Shown here in pieces: positions 60,883 through 64,000 of a stretch of 64,000 bases of DNA (positions are counted from its first letter, which is position 1; each line of letters opens with the position of its first letter). Origin of the DNA: a virus. A program made the position numbers and the translations under genes. The stretch lies in the IMG/VR virus record IMGVR_UViG_3300024348_000008. The stretch is one strand, 5' to 3'. Under the pieces are notes generated by a model. That model searched no databases. It saw only the letters and a program-made list of their open reading frames with translations, and had not been told where the DNA came from.

Positions 60883-61832
60883 TTACAGGAACATTTAATA
60901 AAATTCCTAAAAAACGTAATAGTCATGGATATGGATGGGCCAGAACTTGGGCAGAGAATTTGGATTGTGAAATTAATTATGATGGTGATCCTACAGATTT
61001 ATTATATTTAGATCATGGTGTTAATTTCGGAGGATCTCTAAACTTATTTGCTGGATTTAATGAAGATTTAAAGAAAAGAATAGATAACTTTTTAAAAGCT
61101 AACGTTGTATATTCTTTAGATATTGATATGCCAGATTATGGAGCAATGTTAAAGAAAAGAAAAGACGTAAAAGATAAAGAATGGTGTGATATAATTTCAG
61201 ACAAATGCGCACAAGCTATACCATTAAAATCAACAGATTTATTAGAATTGAACTGGTTAACTATAGGCGATTCTCATACTGCAGCATATGCACGACCAAA
61301 TTCAATGGTTATTAAAACAGATGGATTAACACTAAACGGACAAATTAATAGTAATTTTGAATATATTCAATCTCATATCAAAGAATGTAACCCAAAGGGT
61401 ATAACTATGGTATTTGGTAATATCGATATAAGACATCATATATGTAGACTTAATATCGATCCAACAGAAATGCTTACCAAATGGAGAAACTTTGGATTAT
61501 TGTTAGAACATAAAGGAATATCTGTTGAATATTCTACTCCATGGCCAATTGAACATGAAGATCGAAAATTACCAAAAACTGGATATTATAAAAATCAACC
61601 ATTTTGGGGAACAAGAGATGAAAGAATATCAGCATTAAATCAATGGATTTTAATAATGGATACATTAGGAATGAAAAGAATTAAATATCCAGATGATTGG
61701 TTTTTGTTAAACGGTGAACGTTATGCTAAAGAAAAAATGGAAAATACATCGTCTGTACACCTCTCACCTGAGATGTACAGAAGAAAAAATTGGGGAAATA
61801 ACCATGTACAATTGTCTCAATTTATGGTATAA
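60879..61832 (+). CDS. Protein with an SGNH/GDSL-like C-terminal domain
   Basis: TIGDSH, FGNIDIR, SVHL. Confidence 0.55.
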   Translation: MITGTFNKIPKKRNSHGYGWARTWAENLDCEINYDGDPTDLLYLDHGVNFGGSLNLFAGFNEDLKKRIDNFLKANVVYSLDIDMPDYGAMLKKRKDVKDKEWCDIISDKCAQAIPLKSTDLLELNWLTIGDSHTAAYARPNSMVIKTDGLTLNGQINSNFEYIQSHIKECNPKGITMVFGNIDIRHHICRLNIDPTEMLTKWRNFGLLLEHKGISVEYSTPWPIEHEDRKLPKTGYYKNQPFWGTRDERISALNQWILIMDTLGMKRIKYPDDWFLLNGERYAKEKMENTSSVHLSPEMYRRKNWGNNHVQLSQFMV

Positions 61833-61849
61833 TATACCCTATATAAATA
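61805..61849 (+). promoter_or_regulatory. Tandem early promoter (61805-61833) and late promoter (61842-61849) for bS21/uvsX
   Basis: TGTACA-N17-TATAAT, then TATAAATA. Confidence 0.75.
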
Positions 61850-61865
61850 ATAATACTGGAGAAAC

Positions 61866-62123
61866 ATGCCCTCAATAGATTTAAGACCTAGGAAAAACAA
61901 AAATCCTAAGGATAAAAGACAACCTAAACCAATGCCATTTGACGTTGCACTACGCAAATTTAAAAAAGCCGTCGAACGCGCTGGAATTATTCAAGAAGTA
62001 AAACGTAGAGAATTCTATGAAAAACCTACGGCTAAACGAAAACGTAAAAAAGCAGAAGCTGTAGCTCGAACCCGAAGGCAGCATGCTGCAAATGAATTAA
62101 AACCTAGAAACCACTGGAGGTAA
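61866..62123 (+). CDS. rpsU: Ribosomal protein bS21
   Basis: [10 protein letters not shown]...[26 protein letters not shown]. Confidence 0.92.
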   Translation: MPSIDLRPRKNKNPKDKRQPKPMPFDVALRKFKKAVERAGIIQEVKRREFYEKPTAKRKRKKAEAVARTRRQHAANELKPRNHWR

Positions 62124-62126
62124 ATA

Positions 62127-63197
62127 ATGGGAATAATGGATAAATTGAAAAAGAACTCTAAAATTAAGACAACAGAGGTTTTGTCTAATTCGGTTTTTTT
62201 TAAAGAACAAGACGTAGTAGTAACAGACGTTCCAATGATAAATGTTGCTTTAGCTGGTGATATAGATGGAGGACTAACATCTGGTTTAACAGTTTTAGCT
62301 GGTCCATCAAAACACTTTAAAACTTCTTTTGCTTTGCTTATGGCATCTGCATATTTGAAAGAGCATCCTGATTCAGTATTGTTGTTTTATGATTCTGAAT
62401 TTGGATCTCCTCAACAATACTTCGAATCTTTTGGTATAGATACTGATAGAGTATTACATACTCCTATAACAGATGTAGAGCAATTAAAATTTGATTTAGT
62501 TAGTCAGCTAGATAATATTGAAAGAGGCGATAAACTAATAATAGTTATTGACTCTATTGGTAATTTAGCTTCTAAGAAAGAATTAGAAGATGCGCTAAAT
62601 GAAAAAGGTGTAGCAGATATGTCAAGAGCTAAGGCTCTTAAAGGGTTGTTTAGAATGACAACGCCATATTTAACTATGAAAAACATTCCGTTATTAGCAG
62701 TTAATCATACGTATCAAGAAATTGGATTGTTTCCTAAAGCAATCGTTTCAGGTGGTACTGGTATTTACTATTCAGCGGATAATATTTGGATAATCGGTCG
62801 CCAACAAAATAAACAAGGTACCGAAATAAAAGGTTACAATTTTGTAATCAATGTGGAGAAATCAAGGTTTGTTAAAGAAAAATCTAAAGTTCCTATCGCC
62901 GTTTCTTGGGAAGGTGGGATTGAATGTTATAGTGGTCTTTTGGACGTTGCTCTTGCTGGTAATTACGTTGCTAAGCCTAGTAATGGTTGGTATTGTAGGG
63001 TTGATCGTGAATCTGGAGAATTGGTGTACCCAAAGGTTCGCGAAAAAGATACACTTAAAGAAGAATTTTGGACACCCATATTTGAAGGAACAGATTTCAA
63101 AAAATTCATCAAGGGTCATTACCAAATTGGACATAAACCATTATTGGAAGTTGAAGTAACTGGATTGGAATCTTCTAATGAGGAAGAAGATGAATAA
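62127..63197 (+). CDS. uvsX: RecA-like recombinase UvsX
   Basis: AGPSKHFKT, FYDSEFG, IDSIGNLAS, SGGTGIYYSAD. Confidence 0.95.
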   Translation: MGIMDKLKKNSKIKTTEVLSNSVFFKEQDVVVTDVPMINVALAGDIDGGLTSGLTVLAGPSKHFKTSFALLMASAYLKEHPDSVLLFYDSEFGSPQQYFESFGIDTDRVLHTPITDVEQLKFDLVSQLDNIERGDKLIIVIDSIGNLASKKELEDALNEKGVADMSRAKALKGLFRMTTPYLTMKNIPLLAVNHTYQEIGLFPKAIVSGGTGIYYSADNIWIIGRQQNKQGTEIKGYNFVINVEKSRFVKEKSKVPIAVSWEGGIECYSGLLDVALAGNYVAKPSNGWYCRVDRESGELVYPKVREKDTLKEEFWTPIFEGTDFKKFIKGHYQIGHKPLLEVEVTGLESSNEEEDE

Positions 63198-63534
63198 TTT
63201 AACCTATAAAGATTATGTATTAATAGAAAATCCAAATGAAGATTTTTATGGAATAGAATTAAAAACTGGAAAGTGGCAAGGAGTAAGATACATATATGGT
63301 AAGGTTTCTATTAAAGAGTCACCAGAACTAGATACTGCTACTATGAGTTTTTCATATACAATTACTGATAGTACAGAAAAATATGAAGAAGCAGAATTAA
63401 TTGGAGATATTAATTTTAAAAATCATTTAGGTGATATTTTAAATCATTGTATTCAAGATTCATTAGATAATAAGAAGGCAGAAATTGGACATATCAACAC
63501 AAATCCCGACACACGTACTAAGTCATCTAATTAA
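63190..63534 (+). CDS. gp40-like head vertex assembly chaperone
   Basis: Lies between uvsX and gp41 as in T4; GVRYIYGKV. Start set at the second ATG. Confidence 0.55.
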   Translation: MNNLTYKDYVLIENPNEDFYGIELKTGKWQGVRYIYGKVSIKESPELDTATMSFSYTITDSTEKYEEAELIGDINFKNHLGDILNHCIQDSLDNKKAEIGHINTNPDTRTKSSN

Positions 63535-64000
63535 TGATGAAGAGTATTGCCGTAAAGTAATACCATATCTTAAAAAGGAATACTTTGAAGGAAGTCATAA
63601 ATTAATATTCGATTTAATTGTAACATTTGTTACAACTCATAATAAAATACCATCAGGAAAAGTATTAGAATTAGAACTAAGAAAGGTTGATGCACCAGAA
63701 GATGTGTTAAATCAAGCTAATCAACTTATTCATGAATGTAAGGAAAAATCAGATATCGATCATGAGTACATTATACGAGAAAGCGAAAAATGGTGTCAAG
63801 AAAAAGCTGTCTATAATGCGATCATGGAATCAATATCAATTATCGACGGAAAGTCTAACGACGAGAGAGGTGAAGGAGTTATTCCTGAAATACTCACTAA
63901 TGCTCTTGGTGTGTCTTTTGATCCTAATATTGGACACGATTATATAGATAATTCTGACGATAGATATGAATTTTATAATAAAGTCGAAAGTAGAATTCCA
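63485..64000 (+). CDS. gp41: Replicative helicase gp41, N-terminal part (runs off the window)
   Basis: TTG start; YCRKVIPYLKKEYF...EKWCQEKAVYNAIMESI...GVSFDPNIGHDY...RYEFY. Confidence 0.9.
   Translation, partial: MDISTQIPTHVLSHLINDEEYCRKVIPYLKKEYFEGSHKLIFDLIVTFVTTHNKIPSGKVLELELRKVDAPEDVLNQANQLIHECKEKSDIDHEYIIRESEKWCQEKAVYNAIMESISIIDGKSNDERGEGVIPEILTNALGVSFDPNIGHDYIDNSDDRYEFYNKVESRIP

Noticed and set aside
626-63947. Many minus-strand and nested short ORFs in the ORF track
   Set aside because: They are shadows of well-recognised plus-strand genes, with no SD or recognisable motifs.
1-64000. tRNA or rRNA genes
   Set aside because: Intergenic gaps are short and none showed a cloverleaf by eye; tRNAscan-SE would confirm.

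Overview
A 64-kb segment of an AT-rich, T4-like (Tevenvirinae-related, probably marine) myophage genome. Essentially all real genes are on the + strand. 1-22.4 kb holds four giant tail-fibre/adhesin genes, each followed by a small chaperone-like ORF and joined by conserved junction repeats, then fibre-tip proteins, a PurD-like ATP-grasp enzyme and a 2OG-Fe(II) oxygenase. 22.4-35.5 kb is the canonical structural block (gp13-gp23, gp3). 35.5-53.3 kb covers recombination, transcription and replication (uvsY, a KpsS-like glycosyltransferase, uvsW, gp55, gp47/46, CobT/CobS-like pair, gp45/44/62, regA, hsp20, gp43). 53.3-64 kb contains a MazG-like NTP-PPase, an AEP primase-like protein, a SleB hydrolase, a nuclease, a candidate DNA base-hypermodification operon, ribosomal protein bS21, uvsX, gp40 and the start of gp41. 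The top candidate novel system is the 56.1-61.8 kb operon. It couples a T4 gp42-type dCMP hydroxymethylase and a dCMP deaminase to two aGPT-Pplase-like paralogues, a PLP enzyme and an SGNH-like protein. Other signals read from the sequence: nine copies of an early promoter (TGTACA-N16/17-TATAAT, one antisense to uvsW), late promoters placed exactly for leaderless mRNAs, a ROSE-like thermometer on hsp20, and ~80% GC patches sharing a motif inside unrelated genes. All family assignments come from motif recognition by eye; no database searches were run.
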